Numbered from the stretch's first letter, positions 1-11,532 are shown. The stretch is DNA of 32,000 bases from Delftia acidovorans NBRC 14950 (GCF_001598795.1 NZ_BCZP01000014.1:120001-152000); one strand, 5' to 3'. The notes: generated by a model from the sequence alone, not told the origin. Made by a program: numbers and translations.

Positions 1-84
1 TTCATGAAGATGGAGCAGGTGGTTCAGGCGGTCGAGGCGGCCGGCAAGGATGACGGTTGCAAGCAGGAGGCCGCATGCTGCTGA
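1..84 (+). CDS. murF: 3' end of UDP-N-acetylmuramoyl-tripeptide--D-alanyl-D-alanine ligase (MurF), truncated by the window edge
   Basis: Frame 1 is open from base 1 to TGA at 82-84 ([27 protein letters not shown]). Its position directly upstream of mraY matches the canonical dcw order. Only 27 aa are visible, so the call rests mostly on synteny. Confidence 0.45.
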   Translation, partial: FMKMEQVVQAVEAAGKDDGCKQEAACC

Positions 85-1253
85 TGCTGTCCCAATGGCT
101 GCAGGGCCTGTCCCCCGAGTTCGGCTTTCTGCGCGTCTTCCAGTACCTCACGATGCGCGCCGTGATGGCCGCGCTCACGGCCCTGGTCATCGGACTGCTG
201 GCCGGGCCGCGCCTGATCCGCATGCTGACCTCGCTCAAGATCGGCCAGCCCGTGCGCGGCTACGGCATGGAGACCCATCTGGCCAAGAGCGGCACGCCCA
301 CCATGGGCGGGGCGCTGATCCTGCTGTCCATTGCCGTTTCCACGCTGCTGTGGTTCGACCTGTCCAACCGCTTCGTCTGGATCGTGCTGCTGGTCACGCT
401 GGGCTTTGGCACCATCGGATGGGTGGACGACTGGCGCAAGGTGGTCAACAAGGACCCCGAAGGCATGCGCTCGGGCGAGAAGTATTTCTGGCAGTCCGTC
501 ATCGGCCTGCTGGCCGCGCTGTACCTGGTGTTCTGCATTTCCGAGAACTCCAATGCCCAGGTCTTCGAGCTGTTCGTCACCTGGGTGCAGTCCGGCTTTG
601 CGCTGGACCTGCCGCCCAAGGCGGGCCTGCTCGTGCCTTTCTTCAAGGAAGTCAGCTACCCGCTGGGCGTGCTGGGCTTCGTGATCATGACCTACCTGGT
701 CATCGTGGGCGCCAGCAATGCCGTGAACCTGACCGACGGGCTGGACGGCCTGGCGATCATGCCCGTGATCATGGTGGGCTCGGCCCTGGGCATCTTCGCC
801 TACGTCACCGGCAATGCCGGCTACGCCAAGTACCTGCTGTTCCCGCACATCCCGGGTTCGGGCGAGCTGCTGGTGTACTGCGCGGCCATGGCCGGCGCGG
901 GCCTCGCCTTCCTCTGGTTCAACGCCCACCCGGCCCAGGTGTTCATGGGCGACGTGGGTGCGCTGGCGCTGGGCGCCTCGCTGGGCACCATTGCCGTCAT
1001 CGTGCGCCAGGAAATCGTGCTGGCCATCATGGGCGGCATCTTCGTGGTGGAGGCGCTGTCGGTGATGCTGCAGGTCACCTGGTTCAAGTTCACCAAGAAG
1101 CGCTACGGCCAGGGACGCCGCCTGCTCAAGATGGCGCCGCTGCACCACCACTTTGAAAAGAGTGGCTGGAAGGAGACCCAGGTCGTGATCCGCTTCTGGA
1201 TCATCACCATGCTGCTGTGCCTGTTGGGCCTGTCCACGCTGAAGCTGAGGTGA
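75..1253 (+). CDS. mraY: phospho-N-acetylmuramoyl-pentapeptide transferase
   Basis: The track ORF is 57..1253. I prefer ATG 75 because AGGAGG at 65-70 precedes it and [10 protein letters not shown] is a usual MraY N-terminus. The protein is polytopic membrane with motifs [23 protein letters not shown] and APLHHHFE. Confidence 0.95.
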   Translation: MLLMLSQWLQGLSPEFGFLRVFQYLTMRAVMAALTALVIGLLAGPRLIRMLTSLKIGQPVRGYGMETHLAKSGTPTMGGALILLSIAVSTLLWFDLSNRFVWIVLLVTLGFGTIGWVDDWRKVVNKDPEGMRSGEKYFWQSVIGLLAALYLVFCISENSNAQVFELFVTWVQSGFALDLPPKAGLLVPFFKEVSYPLGVLGFVIMTYLVIVGASNAVNLTDGLDGLAIMPVIMVGSALGIFAYVTGNAGYAKYLLFPHIPGSGELLVYCAAMAGAGLAFLWFNAHPAQVFMGDVGALALGASLGTIAVIVRQEIVLAIMGGIFVVEALSVMLQVTWFKFTKKRYGQGRRLLKMAPLHHHFEKSGWKETQVVIRFWIITMLLCLLGLSTLKLR

Positions 1254-1257
1254 GTGC

Positions 1258-3210
1258 ATGAACACCGAAGACTTCAAGACCGACCTCCACGCACTGCCGG
1301 CCACCGAGCCCGCCGTTCCGGCGTCCCCTGCCGAGCTTGTCGAGCTGGCGGACCCGGCCGGAATGCCGGGCCTCGCTCCCGAGGGGCAGGTGGTTGCGGA
1401 CCCGGTCCTGGACGATTCACCGGCTCCCGTGCCAGTTGGCGACGGCGAGGCGGAGCCTCCGGCCGCCGAGGTGCCGCCGGCGCCGCAGGTGCCTGTGGCC
1501 CTTGCCGAGCCCGTGCCCGACATCGCCACGCTGACGGCGGCCAAGGATGCTGCGGCCTTCGTGGCCCAGATCTTTGCGGACCCCAGCATCTCCGACTCGT
1601 CCGATGCCGAGGTCACGCCCCTTGCCGCCGAAGAGGCGGTTGAATCCGAACAGGTGCTGCCGCCCGTGGCTGCCGGCTGGCCCGGCGAGCAGGTCCAGCA
1701 CCTGCAGGGCCAGCGCGTGCTCGTGCTGGGTCTGGGTGCCTCGGGCCTGGCCATGGCACGCTGGTGCGTGCGCTGCGGCGCCGAAGTCATCGTGGCCGAT
1801 ACGCGCCAGGCGCCGCCCCAGCTGCAGCAGCTGTCCACCGAATTGCCTCAGGTGCGCTTCGTGCCCGGCGAGTTCACGGCGCAGCTGGTGGACGGCCAGA
1901 GCCTGGGCTTGGTCTACCGCTCGCCCGGCCTGAGCCCGGCCGCCGTGGCGCCCGTGGTCGATACCGCGCGCGCCCAGGGCCTGCCCGTGGGCGGCGAACT
2001 CGATCTCTTCGCCATGGCGCTCAAGGCCCTGGCCGCAGCCCATGGCTACCGTCCCACGGTGCTGGGCATCACCGGGACCAATGGGAAGACCACGGTCACC
2101 TCGCTGACCGGCCAACTGCTGGAGCATGCGGGCCTGCGCGTGGCCGTGGCCGGCAATATCGGCCCCACGCTGCTGGACACGCTGACCCAGGCCATCGATG
2201 CCGAAACGCTGCCCCAGGCCTGGGTGCTGGAGCTGTCCAGCTTCCAGCTCGATGGCGTGCAGATGTTCGAGCCCACGGCCGCCGCCGTGCTCAACATCAC
2301 CCAGGACCATCTGGACTGGCACGGCAGCCTGCGCGCCTATGCCGATGCCAAGGCCTGCATCTTCGGCAGCAGCGGCACCATGGTGCTCAACCGCGAAGAC
2401 CCCGAGGTCATGCGCATGCTGCCGGCGCCCGTGGTGCCGCCGGGCAAGCGCCAAAAGCCCCAGCAGCGCGCCCACATCACCTTCGGCGGCGACATGCCGC
2501 GCCGCCCCGGCGACTTCGGCCTGGAAGTGGTCAGCGGCATGACGTGGCTGGTGCGCGCCCATGAGGCCGACGAAACCGCCAAGGGCAAGAACGCCGAAGA
2601 CCTGTACATCCAGCGCCTCATGCCTGCCGACGCACTGCGCATCCGCGGCCGGCACAACGCCATCAACGCCCTGTCCGCCCTGGCCCTGGCCAGCGCGGGT
2701 GGCTGCACGCTGGCGCCGCTGCTCTATGGACTGCGTGAGTACCGGGGCGAGCCGCACCGCGTCCAGCCCATTGGCCGCGTCAACGGCGTGGAGTACTACG
2801 ACGACAGCAAGGGCACGAACGTGGGCGCCACCGTGGCCGCGCTGTCCGGCCTGGGACCTGACCACCGCATCGTGGTCATCCTGGGTGGCGATGGCAAGGG
2901 CCAGGATTTCTCCCCGCTGGTCGCGCCCGTGTCGCGCCATGTGCGCACGGCCGTGCTGATCGGTCGCGACGCCGGCCGCATCCGCGCCGCCCTGCAGGAC
3001 TGCGGCGTGCCCCTGGTCGATGCCACCACCATGGCCGACGCCGTGGAGCTGGCCGCCTCGCGCGCCCATGAGGGCGATGCCGTGCTGCTGTCGCCCGCCT
3101 GTGCCAGCCTGGACATGTTTCGCAACTACGAGGACCGGGCCCACCAGTTCGTCGATGCCGTGCGCGCGCTGGCGCTGGATGCCGGGCATGAACTCGGAGG
3201 TGCTGCATGA
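1258..3210 (+). CDS. murD: UDP-N-acetylmuramoylalanine--D-glutamate ligase with an unusual ~145-aa acidic Pro/Ala-rich N-terminal extension
   Basis: The Mur ligase core starts near aa 150 ([13 protein letters not shown]) and includes [10 protein letters not shown] and [14 protein letters not shown] 1258 lies 4 nt after the mraY stop. There is no ATG or GTG close to the canonical core start. The stop overlaps the ftsW start (ATGA). Confidence 0.85.
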   Translation: MNTEDFKTDLHALPATEPAVPASPAELVELADPAGMPGLAPEGQVVADPVLDDSPAPVPVGDGEAEPPAAEVPPAPQVPVALAEPVPDIATLTAAKDAAAFVAQIFADPSISDSSDAEVTPLAAEEAVESEQVLPPVAAGWPGEQVQHLQGQRVLVLGLGASGLAMARWCVRCGAEVIVADTRQAPPQLQQLSTELPQVRFVPGEFTAQLVDGQSLGLVYRSPGLSPAAVAPVVDTARAQGLPVGGELDLFAMALKALAAAHGYRPTVLGITGTNGKTTVTSLTGQLLEHAGLRVAVAGNIGPTLLDTLTQAIDAETLPQAWVLELSSFQLDGVQMFEPTAAAVLNITQDHLDWHGSLRAYADAKACIFGSSGTMVLNREDPEVMRMLPAPVVPPGKRQKPQQRAHITFGGDMPRRPGDFGLEVVSGMTWLVRAHEADETAKGKNAEDLYIQRLMPADALRIRGRHNAINALSALALASAGGCTLAPLLYGLREYRGEPHRVQPIGRVNGVEYYDDSKGTNVGATVAALSGLGPDHRIVVILGGDGKGQDFSPLVAPVSRHVRTAVLIGRDAGRIRAALQDCGVPLVDATTMADAVELAASRAHEGDAVLLSPACASLDMFRNYEDRAHQFVDAVRALALDAGHELGGAA

Positions 3211-4472
3211 CCGCCGTATCGCAGGTCCTGGGCCGCATGCGCTCCTGGTTCGGAGGTGCGCAGGAGAAGGCCATCGACGTGCTGCCCGTGCGCCTGGGCG
3301 GTCCCCAGTACCACCGGCCCACGCAGACGCCGGCCAGCGTGCTCGGCCTGGACCAGGCCCTGATCTGGGTGGTCATAGGCCTGCTGGCCTGGAGCCTGAT
3401 CATGGTGTATTCGGCGTCGATCGCCATGCCGGACAACCCGCGCTTCGGCAAGATCGCGCCCACCCATTTCCTGATGCGCCATGCCATGTCCATCGGCATG
3501 GCCTTCGTCGGCGCGCTGCTGGCCTTCCAGGTGTCCATGGCCACCTGGGAGCGCATGGCGCGCAAGCTCTTCCTGGTGTCCCTGGTCCTCCTGGTGGCCG
3601 TGCTGATCCCGCACGTGGGCACCGTGGTCAACGGCGCGCGGCGCTGGCTGTCGCTGGGCATCATGAATTTCCAGCCGTCCGAACTGGCCAAGTTTGCCGT
3701 GCTCATCTATGCGGCCGACTACATGGTGCGCAAGATGGAGGTCAAGGAGCGCTTCTTCCGCGCCGTGCTGCCCATGGGGCTGGCCGTGGTGCTGGTCGGC
3801 GTGCTGCTGCTGGCTGAGCCCGACATGGGCGCCTTCATGGTGATCGTGGTGATCGCCATGGGCATCCTGTTCCTGGGCGGTGTCAACGCACGCATGTTCT
3901 TCCTGATCGCGGCCCTGGTGGTGCTGGCCTTCGTGCTGATCATCGCCACCTCCGAATGGCGGCGCGAGCGCATCTTTGCCTACCTCAATCCCTGGGACGA
4001 AAAGCATGCCCTGGGCAAGGGCTACCAGCTGTCGCATGCGCTGATCGCCATCGGTCGCGGCGAGATCTTCGGCGTGGGCCTGGGCCGCAGCGTCGAGAAG
4101 CTGCACTGGCTGCCCGAGGCGCACACCGACTTCCTGCTGGCCGTGATCGGCGAGGAATTCGGCCTGGTCGGCGTGCTCTTGATCGCCGTCACCTTCCTGT
4201 GGCTGACGCGCCGCATCATGCTCATAGGGCGGCAGGCCATTGCGCTGGACCGGGTGTTCTCCGGCCTGGTGGCCGAGGGCATTGCGATCTGGATGGGTTT
4301 CCAGGCCTTCATCAACATGGGCGTGAACCTGGGCGCGCTGCCGACCAAGGGGCTGACGCTGCCCCTGATGAGTTTCGGGGGCTCGGCCATTTTGATGAAT
4401 CTGATAGCGATAGCGGTGGTGTTAAGGGTGGACTACGAGAACAAGTTGCTGATGAAGGGAGGGCATGCATGA
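3207..4472 (+). CDS. ftsW: SEDS-family cell-division peptidoglycan polymerase FtsW
   Basis: Multi-TM protein with [20 protein letters not shown] and [17 protein letters not shown]. It sits between murD and murG, with ATGA overlaps at both ends. Confidence 0.93.
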   Translation: MTAVSQVLGRMRSWFGGAQEKAIDVLPVRLGGPQYHRPTQTPASVLGLDQALIWVVIGLLAWSLIMVYSASIAMPDNPRFGKIAPTHFLMRHAMSIGMAFVGALLAFQVSMATWERMARKLFLVSLVLLVAVLIPHVGTVVNGARRWLSLGIMNFQPSELAKFAVLIYAADYMVRKMEVKERFFRAVLPMGLAVVLVGVLLLAEPDMGAFMVIVVIAMGILFLGGVNARMFFLIAALVVLAFVLIIATSEWRRERIFAYLNPWDEKHALGKGYQLSHALIAIGRGEIFGVGLGRSVEKLHWLPEAHTDFLLAVIGEEFGLVGVLLIAVTFLWLTRRIMLIGRQAIALDRVFSGLVAEGIAIWMGFQAFINMGVNLGALPTKGLTLPLMSFGGSAILMNLIAIAVVLRVDYENKLLMKGGHA

Positions 4473-5563
4473 CACAGCAGCCCATCTCCCAAGGCACGCA
4501 ACGCCAGCGCACGGCCCTGATCATGGCCGGCGGCACGGGCGGACATATCTTCCCGGGCCTGGCCGTAGCCCAGGCCCTGCGCGAGCGCGGCTGGAACGTG
4601 CGCTGGCTGGGCGCGCCCGGCTCCATGGAGTCGCGCATCGTGCCGGCCCAGGGCTTCCCGCTGGAGACCATCGAGTTCTCGGGCGTGCGCGGCAAGGGCA
4701 TCATGACCCTGGCCTTTTTGCCCATGCGCCTGCTGCGTGCCTTCTGGCAGGCGCTGGCCGTGGTGCGCCGCGTCAAGCCCGACGTGGTGGTCGGTCTGGG
4801 TGGCTACATCAGCTTCCCCGGTGGAATGATGGCCGTGCTGGCCGGCAAACCCCTGGTGCTGCATGAGCAGAACTCCGTGGCCGGCATGGCCAACAAGGTG
4901 CTGGCCAGCGTCTCCCACCGCATCTTCACCGCCTTCCCCAACGTGTTCCCCAAGGGCCGCTGGGTCGGCAACCCCTTGCGCCAGGCCTTCACCGAGCAGC
5001 CCGCGCCCGAGCAGCGCTTTGCGGGCCGCAGCGGTCCGCTGCGCCTGCTGGTGGTGGGCGGAAGCCTGGGCGCCAAGGCGCTCAACGAGATCGTGCCGCA
5101 GGCGCTGGCCCTGATTCCTGCCGATGTGCGGCCCGTCGTGCTGCACCAAAGCGGCGCCGCGCAGATCGATGCCCTGCGCGCCAACTACGCGGCGGCAGGC
5201 GTGCAGGCCGAGCTGACGCCCTTCATTGACGATACGGCGCGCGCCTTTGCCGAGGCCGATGTCATCGTCTGCCGTGCTGGCGCCAGCACGGTCACCGAGA
5301 TCGCGGCCGTGGGCGCCGCAGCCATCTATGTGCCCTTCCCGTCCGCCGTGGACGACCACCAGACCACGAACGCGCGTTTCCTGGTCGATGCCGGTGGTGG
5401 ATGGTTGATGCAACAAAGCGCACTGACTGCCCAAAGCCTGGCCGAAATGCTACAAAATATGCAGCGTGCGACGCTGCTGGAGCGCGCTGGAAAAGCCAAG
5501 AAAATGCAAAAGACCGATGCCACCGCCGAGGTGGTCGCCGCCTGTGAGGAACTGGCCGCATGA
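4469..5563 (+). CDS. murG: undecaprenyldiphospho-muramoylpentapeptide beta-N-acetylglucosaminyltransferase
   Basis: Start MTQQPISQG at ATG 4469 (ATGA overlap with the ftsW stop). The track's 3956 start lies inside ftsW. Motif [17 protein letters not shown] and a C-terminal GT28 domain ([14 protein letters not shown]). Confidence 0.93.
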   Translation: MTQQPISQGTQRQRTALIMAGGTGGHIFPGLAVAQALRERGWNVRWLGAPGSMESRIVPAQGFPLETIEFSGVRGKGIMTLAFLPMRLLRAFWQALAVVRRVKPDVVVGLGGYISFPGGMMAVLAGKPLVLHEQNSVAGMANKVLASVSHRIFTAFPNVFPKGRWVGNPLRQAFTEQPAPEQRFAGRSGPLRLLVVGGSLGAKALNEIVPQALALIPADVRPVVLHQSGAAQIDALRANYAAAGVQAELTPFIDDTARAFAEADVIVCRAGASTVTEIAAVGAAAIYVPFPSAVDDHQTTNARFLVDAGGGWLMQQSALTAQSLAEMLQNMQRATLLERAGKAKKMQKTDATAEVVAACEELAA

Positions 5564-6993
5564 AGCACGCCATTCATCACATCCATTTCGTCGGCATCGG
5601 CGGCGCCGGAATGAGCGGCATCGCCGAGGTGCTGCACAACCTGGGTTACGCCATCTCGGGCTCGGACCTGTCCGACAGCGCCACGCTGCGCCGGCTCGCC
5701 GGCCTGGGCATCGCCACCCACGTCGGCCATGCGGCCGCGCACATCGAAGGGGCTGACGCCGTCGTCACCTCCACCGCCGTGCAGTCCGACAATCCCGAGG
5801 TGCTGGCCGCGCGCGAGCGCAAGATTCCCGTCGTGCCGCGTGCGCTCATGCTGGCCGAGCTCATGCGCTTCAAGCAGGGCATCGCCATCGCGGGTGCCCA
5901 TGGCAAGACCACGACCACCAGCCTGGTGACCAGCGTGCTGGCCGAGGCCGGGCTGGACCCGACCTTCGTCATCGGCGGCAAGCTCAACAGCGCGGGCGCC
6001 AACGCCAAGCTGGGCCAGGGCGACTACATCGTGGTCGAGGCCGACGAGTCCGATGCCTCCTTCCTGAACCTGCTGCCCGTGATGGCCGTCGTCACCAACA
6101 TCGACGCCGACCACATGGAAACCTACGGCCATGACTTCGGCCGGCTCAAGGGCGCCTTCGTCGATTTCCTGCACCGCATGCCGTTCTACGGCCGCGCTAT
6201 CGTCTGCGTGGACAGCCCGGCCGTGCGCGAGATCCTGCCCCAGGTGGCCCGCCCCGTGACCACCTACGGCTTTGCCGAGGACGCACAGGTGCGCGCCCTC
6301 AACGTGCGCGCCGAAGCTGGCAGCATGCATTTCACGGTGCGCCGCAGCAACGGCCAGAGCTATCCCGACCTGGACGTGGTGCTGAGCCTGCCGGGCGAGC
6401 ACAACGTGCTCAACGCGCTGTCGGCCGTGGCCGTGGCCATGGAGCTGGAGATCTCCGACGACGCGCTGCTGCGTGCCTTCGAAAGCTTCAAGGGCGTGGG
6501 CCGGCGCTTCCAGCGCTATGGCGAACTGGCGACTGCCGACGGCGGCAGCTTCACCGTCATCGACGACTATGGCCACCACCCCGTCGAGATGGCGGCCACG
6601 CTGGCCGCCGCGCGCGGCGCCTTCCCGGGCCGTCGCCTGGTGCTGGCATTCCAGCCGCACCGCTACAGCCGCACGCGCGACTGCTTCGAGGATTTCGTCA
6701 AGGTCATCGGCCTGGCCGACGCCGTGCTGCTGACCGAGGTCTATGCGGCCGGCGAGGCGCCCGTGGTGGCGGCCGACGGCCGCTCGCTGACACGCGCCCT
6801 GCGCGTGGCCGGTCGTGTCGAGCCGGTGTTTGTGGAAAACGTTGCCGAGCTGCCGGCGGCCATTGCCGTCAATGCCCGCGATGGCGACGTGTTGTTGTGC
6901 ATGGGGGCAGGCTCGATTGGCGCCGTGCCCGGAAAGTTGGTTGAAATGCTTCAGAAACAAGAGCTGCAGGCGCAGCAGGGAGCTGCGCAATGA
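5560..6993 (+). CDS. murC: UDP-N-acetylmuramate--L-alanine ligase
   Basis: Motifs [28 protein letters not shown] and DDYGHHP. ATGA overlaps with murG and ddl. Confidence 0.95.
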   Translation: MKHAIHHIHFVGIGGAGMSGIAEVLHNLGYAISGSDLSDSATLRRLAGLGIATHVGHAAAHIEGADAVVTSTAVQSDNPEVLAARERKIPVVPRALMLAELMRFKQGIAIAGAHGKTTTTSLVTSVLAEAGLDPTFVIGGKLNSAGANAKLGQGDYIVVEADESDASFLNLLPVMAVVTNIDADHMETYGHDFGRLKGAFVDFLHRMPFYGRAIVCVDSPAVREILPQVARPVTTYGFAEDAQVRALNVRAEAGSMHFTVRRSNGQSYPDLDVVLSLPGEHNVLNALSAVAVAMELEISDDALLRAFESFKGVGRRFQRYGELATADGGSFTVIDDYGHHPVEMAATLAAARGAFPGRRLVLAFQPHRYSRTRDCFEDFVKVIGLADAVLLTEVYAAGEAPVVAADGRSLTRALRVAGRVEPVFVENVAELPAAIAVNARDGDVLLCMGAGSIGAVPGKLVEMLQKQELQAQQGAAQ

Positions 6994-7970
6994 GCAGCTT
7001 CGGCACCCAGATCGATGTCAAGGCCCTGGGCAAGGTGGCCGTGCTGTTGGGCGGCCGCTCGGCCGAGCGCGAGGTCTCGCTGATGTCGGGCACGGGCGTG
7101 CTCAAGGCCCTGCTGTCGCATGGCGTGGACGCCCATGCCTTCGACCCCGCCGAGCGTGACCTGGGCGAGTTGAAGAAGGACGGGTTCGACCGCTGCTTCA
7201 TCGCGCTGCACGGCCGCTACGGCGAAGACGGTACGGTGCAGGGCGCGCTGGAGCTGCTGGGCATCCCGTACACGGGCCCCGGCGTGATGGCCTCCAGCAT
7301 CGCCATGGACAAGATCATGACCAAGCGCATCTGGCGCTTCGAGGGCCTGCCCACGCCGGACTGGCGTCTGGTCGCCAGCGCAGACGAGACGCGCGCCGCG
7401 CTGCAGGCGCTGGGCGCGCCCATGATCGTCAAGCCCTCGCGCGAGGGCTCGACCATCGGCCTGACCAAGGTCTGGACGGCCGAGGAATGCGAGCAGGCCT
7501 ATGTGCTGGCCTCCCGCTACGACCCCGAAGTGCTCTGCGAAGAGTTCATCGAAGGCGACGAGACCACCTGCCCCGTGCTCGGCACCGGCGAGGGCGCCCA
7601 TGCGCTGCCCGTGATCCGCATCGTCGCCCCCGAAGGCAACTACGACTACCAGAACAAGTACTTCACCGACGACACCAAGTACCACTGCCCCAGCGGACTG
7701 CCTGTCGAGGAAGAGGCCGAGATCCGGCGCATCGTCGTGCGGGCCTTCCGCACGCTGGGCTGCCGCGGCTGGTCGCGCGCCGACATCATGATCCGCGCCA
7801 GCGATCGCAAGCCCTTCCTGCTGGAGATCAACACCTCGCCGGGCATGACGGGCCACTCGCTGGTGCCCATGTCGGCCCGCGCCATCGGCGTGAGCTACGA
7901 AAACCTCTGCCTGGGCATCCTGGCCAGCGCCGCGCTGGACGCCGCGCAACCGGAGCAGGAGCACGCATGA
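6990..7970 (+). CDS. ddl: D-alanine--D-alanine ligase
   Basis: ATP-grasp protein with [25 protein letters not shown] and EINTSPGMT. It occupies the dcw position between murC and ftsQ. Confidence 0.95.
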   Translation: MSSFGTQIDVKALGKVAVLLGGRSAEREVSLMSGTGVLKALLSHGVDAHAFDPAERDLGELKKDGFDRCFIALHGRYGEDGTVQGALELLGIPYTGPGVMASSIAMDKIMTKRIWRFEGLPTPDWRLVASADETRAALQALGAPMIVKPSREGSTIGLTKVWTAEECEQAYVLASRYDPEVLCEEFIEGDETTCPVLGTGEGAHALPVIRIVAPEGNYDYQNKYFTDDTKYHCPSGLPVEEEAEIRRIVVRAFRTLGCRGWSRADIMIRASDRKPFLLEINTSPGMTGHSLVPMSARAIGVSYENLCLGILASAALDAAQPEQEHA

Positions 7971-8767
7971 GCTACTCCCTGCCGGCCCCCTTCGACGTCA
8001 AGCTCATGAACGTGACCGCCACGGTCCTGTTCGTGGGCGTGGCTGCGCTGGGGCTGGCAGCGGTGAGCTGGTGGGCGCTGCGCCACCCGGCCTTCAACAT
8101 CGGCCGCATCGTGGTCGAGGGCGAGCTGGTGCACAACAACACGGTGACGCTGCGCGCCAACGTGGCGCCCGTGCTCACGGGCAACTTCTTCACCGTGGAC
8201 CTCAAGGGGGCCAAGGCGGCATTCGAGCAGGTGCCCTGGGTGCGCGAGGCGCAGGTGCGCCGCGACTATCCCAACAGCCTGCGCGTCATCCTGCACGAGC
8301 ATGTGGCCGAGGCCTTCTGGGGCCCCGATTCGGGCACCGGCCTGATCAACAGCTTTGGCGAGGTCTTCGAGGCCAACCTGGGCGAGCTCGACCGCGACGG
8401 CCTGCCGCGCCTGCAGGGCCCCGAGGACAGCGCCCCGCAGATGCTGCAGATGTACCGGCTGCTGGTGCCGGCGCTGGGGCCGCTGGATGTGGAGATCGAT
8501 GGGCTCACGCTCAATGCGCGCGGAAGCTGGCAGCTCAGGCTGGCCAATGATGCACAGATCGAACTGGGTGGCGGCAGCGTGGAAGCCGTGCTGCAGCGCG
8601 TGCAGCGCTTCGTGCGCACGCTGCCCCAGATCACGACCCAATACAAGCGCAAGGCCGACGCCATCGAGTCGGCCGACCTGCGCTACGAAGACGGATATGC
8701 GCTGAGGCTGCGCGGTGTGACCACCGGCACGGCCAAGGCGCCGGCTGCAGTGCGTCCCCGACGCTGA
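7967..8767 (+). CDS. ftsQ: cell division protein FtsQ
   Basis: Start MSYSLPAPF at ATG 7967 (ATGA overlap with the ddl stop). The track's 7487 start is inside ddl. It has a single N-terminal TM segment ([21 protein letters not shown]) followed by a POTRA-like region, and it lies between ddl and ftsA. Confidence 0.85.
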   Translation: MSYSLPAPFDVKLMNVTATVLFVGVAALGLAAVSWWALRHPAFNIGRIVVEGELVHNNTVTLRANVAPVLTGNFFTVDLKGAKAAFEQVPWVREAQVRRDYPNSLRVILHEHVAEAFWGPDSGTGLINSFGEVFEANLGELDRDGLPRLQGPEDSAPQMLQMYRLLVPALGPLDVEIDGLTLNARGSWQLRLANDAQIELGGGSVEAVLQRVQRFVRTLPQITTQYKRKADAIESADLRYEDGYALRLRGVTTGTAKAPAAVRPRR

Positions 8768-8851
8768 AGACGAGGGAGGAAAGACCTATGTACACGCACA
8801 CCATGCAGCGACACAGCGACAGGACAGAACCAACCGGGGGCGGATGCTGAT

Positions 8852-10081
8852 ATGGCAAGAGAATACAAAGATGTGATCGTCGGACTGGACATCGGCACGG
8901 CCAAGGTCATGGTCGTGGTCGCCGAGGTCCTGTACAACGGCGAACTCAAGCTCGCCGGCCTCGGCGTGGCCCCGAGCAACGGACTCAAGCGGGGCGTGGT
9001 GGTGAACATCGACGCCACCGTGCAGAGCATCCAGCAGGCCTTGAAAGAGGCCGAGCTGATGGCCGACTGCAAGATCCAGCGCGTGTGCACCGGCATCACC
9101 GGCAGCCACATCCGCGGCCTGAACTCCAGCGGCATGGTGGCCATCAAGGACAAGGAAGTCACGGCCACCGACGTGGCGCGCGTGATGGAGACGGCCAAGG
9201 CCATCAACATCTCCTCGGACCAGCGGCTGCTGCTGGTCGAGCCGCAGGAATTCGTGATCGACGGCCAGGAAGTGCGCGAGCCCATCGGCATGAGCGGCAT
9301 CCGCCTGGAGGCCAAGATCCACATCGTCACGGGCGCGCAGAGCGCGGCCGAGAACATCATCAAGTGCGTGCGCCGCTGCGGCCTGGAGGTCGAGCAGCTG
9401 CTGCTCAACCCGCTGGCATCGAGCCAGGCCGTGCTCACCGACGACGAGCGCGAGCTGGGCGTGGCCGTGGTCGATATCGGCGCGGGCGCCACCGACGTGG
9501 CCATCTTCACGGGCGGCGCCATCCGGCACACGGCCGTCATCCCGATCGCGGGCGACCTGATCACCAGCGACATCGCCATGGCGCTGCGCACACCGACCAA
9601 GGACGCCGAGGACATCAAGGTCGAAAGCGGCTATGCCAAGCAACTGCTGGCCGACCCCGATGCCCAGGTCGAAGTGCCGGGCCTGGGCGACCGCAGCCCG
9701 CGCATGATCAGCAAGCAGGCGCTGGCCGGCGTGATCGAGCCGCGCGTGGAAGAGATCTTTTCTTTGGTGCAGCAGGTGGTGCGCGATTCCGGCTACGAGG
9801 AAGTTCTGTCCTCGGGCATCGTGCTGACCGGCGGCAGCGCCGTCATGCCGGGCATGGTGGAACTGGGCGAGGACATCTTCCTCAAGCCCGTGCGCCGCGG
9901 CATCCCCAAGTATTCGAGCGCTCTGGCAGACATGGTGGCCCAACCCCGCGCCGCCACCGTGATGGGATTGCTCGAAGAGGCCCGCCTGGCTCGCCTGCGC
10001 GGTTTCAAGGTGGCACAAAAGAGTGGGTCGATGAAGACCGCTTTTGGCCGTTTCAAAGACTTCATCGTGGGGAACTTTTGA
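8852..10081 (+). CDS. ftsA: cell division protein FtsA (actin-like ATPase)
   Basis: Motifs VGLDIGTAKVMVVVAE, VVDIGAGATDVAIF and GIVLTGGSA, plus a C-terminal amphipathic tail FGRFKDFIVGNF. Confidence 0.95.
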   Translation: MAREYKDVIVGLDIGTAKVMVVVAEVLYNGELKLAGLGVAPSNGLKRGVVVNIDATVQSIQQALKEAELMADCKIQRVCTGITGSHIRGLNSSGMVAIKDKEVTATDVARVMETAKAINISSDQRLLLVEPQEFVIDGQEVREPIGMSGIRLEAKIHIVTGAQSAAENIIKCVRRCGLEVEQLLLNPLASSQAVLTDDERELGVAVVDIGAGATDVAIFTGGAIRHTAVIPIAGDLITSDIAMALRTPTKDAEDIKVESGYAKQLLADPDAQVEVPGLGDRSPRMISKQALAGVIEPRVEEIFSLVQQVVRDSGYEEVLSSGIVLTGGSAVMPGMVELGEDIFLKPVRRGIPKYSSALADMVAQPRAATVMGLLEEARLARLRGFKVAQKSGSMKTAFGRFKDFIVGNF

Positions 10082-10200
10082 TATGTGCTTTCATCGACTG
10101 CGCATTACCGGCCCGCCCACCGGCTTCCGAATACCGGACAGAAGACAGAATTTTCCCCAGACGGTGGTGACCACTTACAGAGAGCTACAGGAGAACCAAC

Positions 10201-11439
10201 ATGCCCATCGACATGATTGAAGTTGAAGAATTCAACCAGGGTACGCAGATCAAGGTGATCGGCGTTGGCGGCGGCGGCGGCAATGCCGTCGAGCACATGA
10301 TTGCGCGCAACGTGCAGGGTGTGGAATTCGTCTGCGCCAACACCGACGCGCAGGCGCTGCTGCGCAGCAGCGCCCACCGCACCATCCAGCTCGGTGGCAG
10401 CGGCCTGGGCGCGGGCAGCAAGCCCGACAAGGGCCGCGAGGCTGCCGAAATGGCCGAGGACGACATCCGCACCGCCATCGAAGGCGCGCACATGCTGTTC
10501 ATCACGGCCGGCATGGGCGGCGGCACGGGCACGGGCGCTGCGCCCGTGATCGCGCGCGTGGCCAAGGAAATGGGCATTCTCACCGTGGGCGTGGTCACCA
10601 AGCCCTTCGAGTGGGAAGGCGGCCGACGCATGGCCAACGCCGACAGCGGCCTCAACGAGCTCGAAGCCAATGTCGATTCGCTGATCGTCGTGCTCAACGA
10701 GAAGCTGCTGGACGTGCTGGGTGACGACATCTCGCAGGACGAGGCCTTTGCCCATGCCAACGACGTTCTCAAGAACGCCGTGGGCGGCATTGCCGAGATC
10801 ATCAACGAGTACGGCCATGTGAACGTCGACTTCGAAGACGTGCGCACCGTCATGGGCGAGCCCGGCAAGGCCATGATGGGCACGGCCAAGGCCGCCGGCC
10901 CCGACCGCGCGCGCATCGCCGCCGAGCAGGCCGTGGCCTGCCCGCTGCTGGAAGGCATCGACCTGTCGGGCGCCAAGGGCGTGCTGGTGCTGGTCACGGC
11001 CGCCAAGGGCAGCCTCAAGCTGTCCGAGTCGCGCCTGGCCATGAGCACCATCAATGCCTATGCCTCGCCCGACGCGCACGTGATCTACGGCGCCGCCTAC
11101 GACGACACCCTGGGCGACGAGATCCGCGTCACCGTGGTCGCCACCGGCCTGTCGCGCCCCAGCGCACGCCGCCAGAACATGCAGGTGGTGCAGGGCGGTC
11201 TGCGCACCGGTACCGACAACATGAGCTACCAGCTGCCCTCGGCCTCCATGGGTGCCGCCACGGCAGCCGGCGGCCTGGTCGGCGGTGCCGCCGGCGGTGC
11301 CGACTATGCCAACAACATGTCGGTCCCCAGCGTCTGGCGTACCAACCGCACGCAGGCCGCTGCCCGCGTCGATGCCCTGGCCTCCGGCGGCATGGACGAT
11401 CTGGAAATCCCGGCCTTCCTGCGCAAGCAGGCTGACTGA
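10201..11439 (+). CDS. ftsZ: cell division GTPase FtsZ
   Basis: GVGGGGGNAV, the tubulin signature GGGTGTGAAPV, and the conserved C-terminal peptide DDLEIPAFLRKQAD. The RBS is ACAGGAGAA upstream. Confidence 0.97.
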   Translation: MPIDMIEVEEFNQGTQIKVIGVGGGGGNAVEHMIARNVQGVEFVCANTDAQALLRSSAHRTIQLGGSGLGAGSKPDKGREAAEMAEDDIRTAIEGAHMLFITAGMGGGTGTGAAPVIARVAKEMGILTVGVVTKPFEWEGGRRMANADSGLNELEANVDSLIVVLNEKLLDVLGDDISQDEAFAHANDVLKNAVGGIAEIINEYGHVNVDFEDVRTVMGEPGKAMMGTAKAAGPDRARIAAEQAVACPLLEGIDLSGAKGVLVLVTAAKGSLKLSESRLAMSTINAYASPDAHVIYGAAYDDTLGDEIRVTVVATGLSRPSARRQNMQVVQGGLRTGTDNMSYQLPSASMGAATAAGGLVGGAAGGADYANNMSVPSVWRTNRTQAAARVDALASGGMDDLEIPAFLRKQAD

Positions 11440-11511
11440 GCAGCGGCCCATACGGTCGCTGCATAGCCGTGATAGCGAAAGCCGTGCCAGGGCCATGCCC
11501 TGCGCACGGCT
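11440..11511 (+). terminator. two GC-rich hairpins directly after ftsZ (possible partial terminator or RNA processing structure)
   Basis: The first hairpin is GCAGCGGCC-CATAC-GGTCGCTGC (11440-11462). The second is AGCCGTGCCAGGGC-CAT-GCCCTGCGCACGGCT (11480-11511, one bulge). Only a weak T tract follows (GTTCT). Confidence 0.35.
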
Positions 11512-11532
11512 GCCGCGTTCTAAAATAGCCGG

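Noticed and set aside
24-1838. Very long ORFs antisense to well-supported genes. Examples: 24..1838(-), 1417..3189(-), 3126..4124(-), 5326..6990(-), 6951..7964(-), 8786..10018(-), 10105..11766(-), 16083..18089(+), 20224..22584(-), 22926..24140(-), 25669..26838(+), 28144..30846(-).
   Set aside because: Their translations are Arg/Ala/Gly/His/Gln-rich low-complexity strings with no recognisable motifs. They lie exactly opposite genes with unambiguous conserved motifs. Stop-codon depletion on the antisense strand is expected at this GC content, so these are shadow ORFs rather than overlapping genes.
3956-5563. Over-extended N-termini in the ORF track: murG from 3956, ftsQ from 7487, ruvC to 13803, yqiA to 18765, mpl to 27156, the 202-aa ORF from 26534, the TlpA-like gene from 27348, accB from 28141, rnb to 17969, mraY from 57.
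   Set aside because: The extensions overlap the preceding conserved gene or the intergenic region, and they look like out-of-frame junk. Internal ATG or GTG codons with an RBS or an ATGA overlap give N-termini that match the known families.
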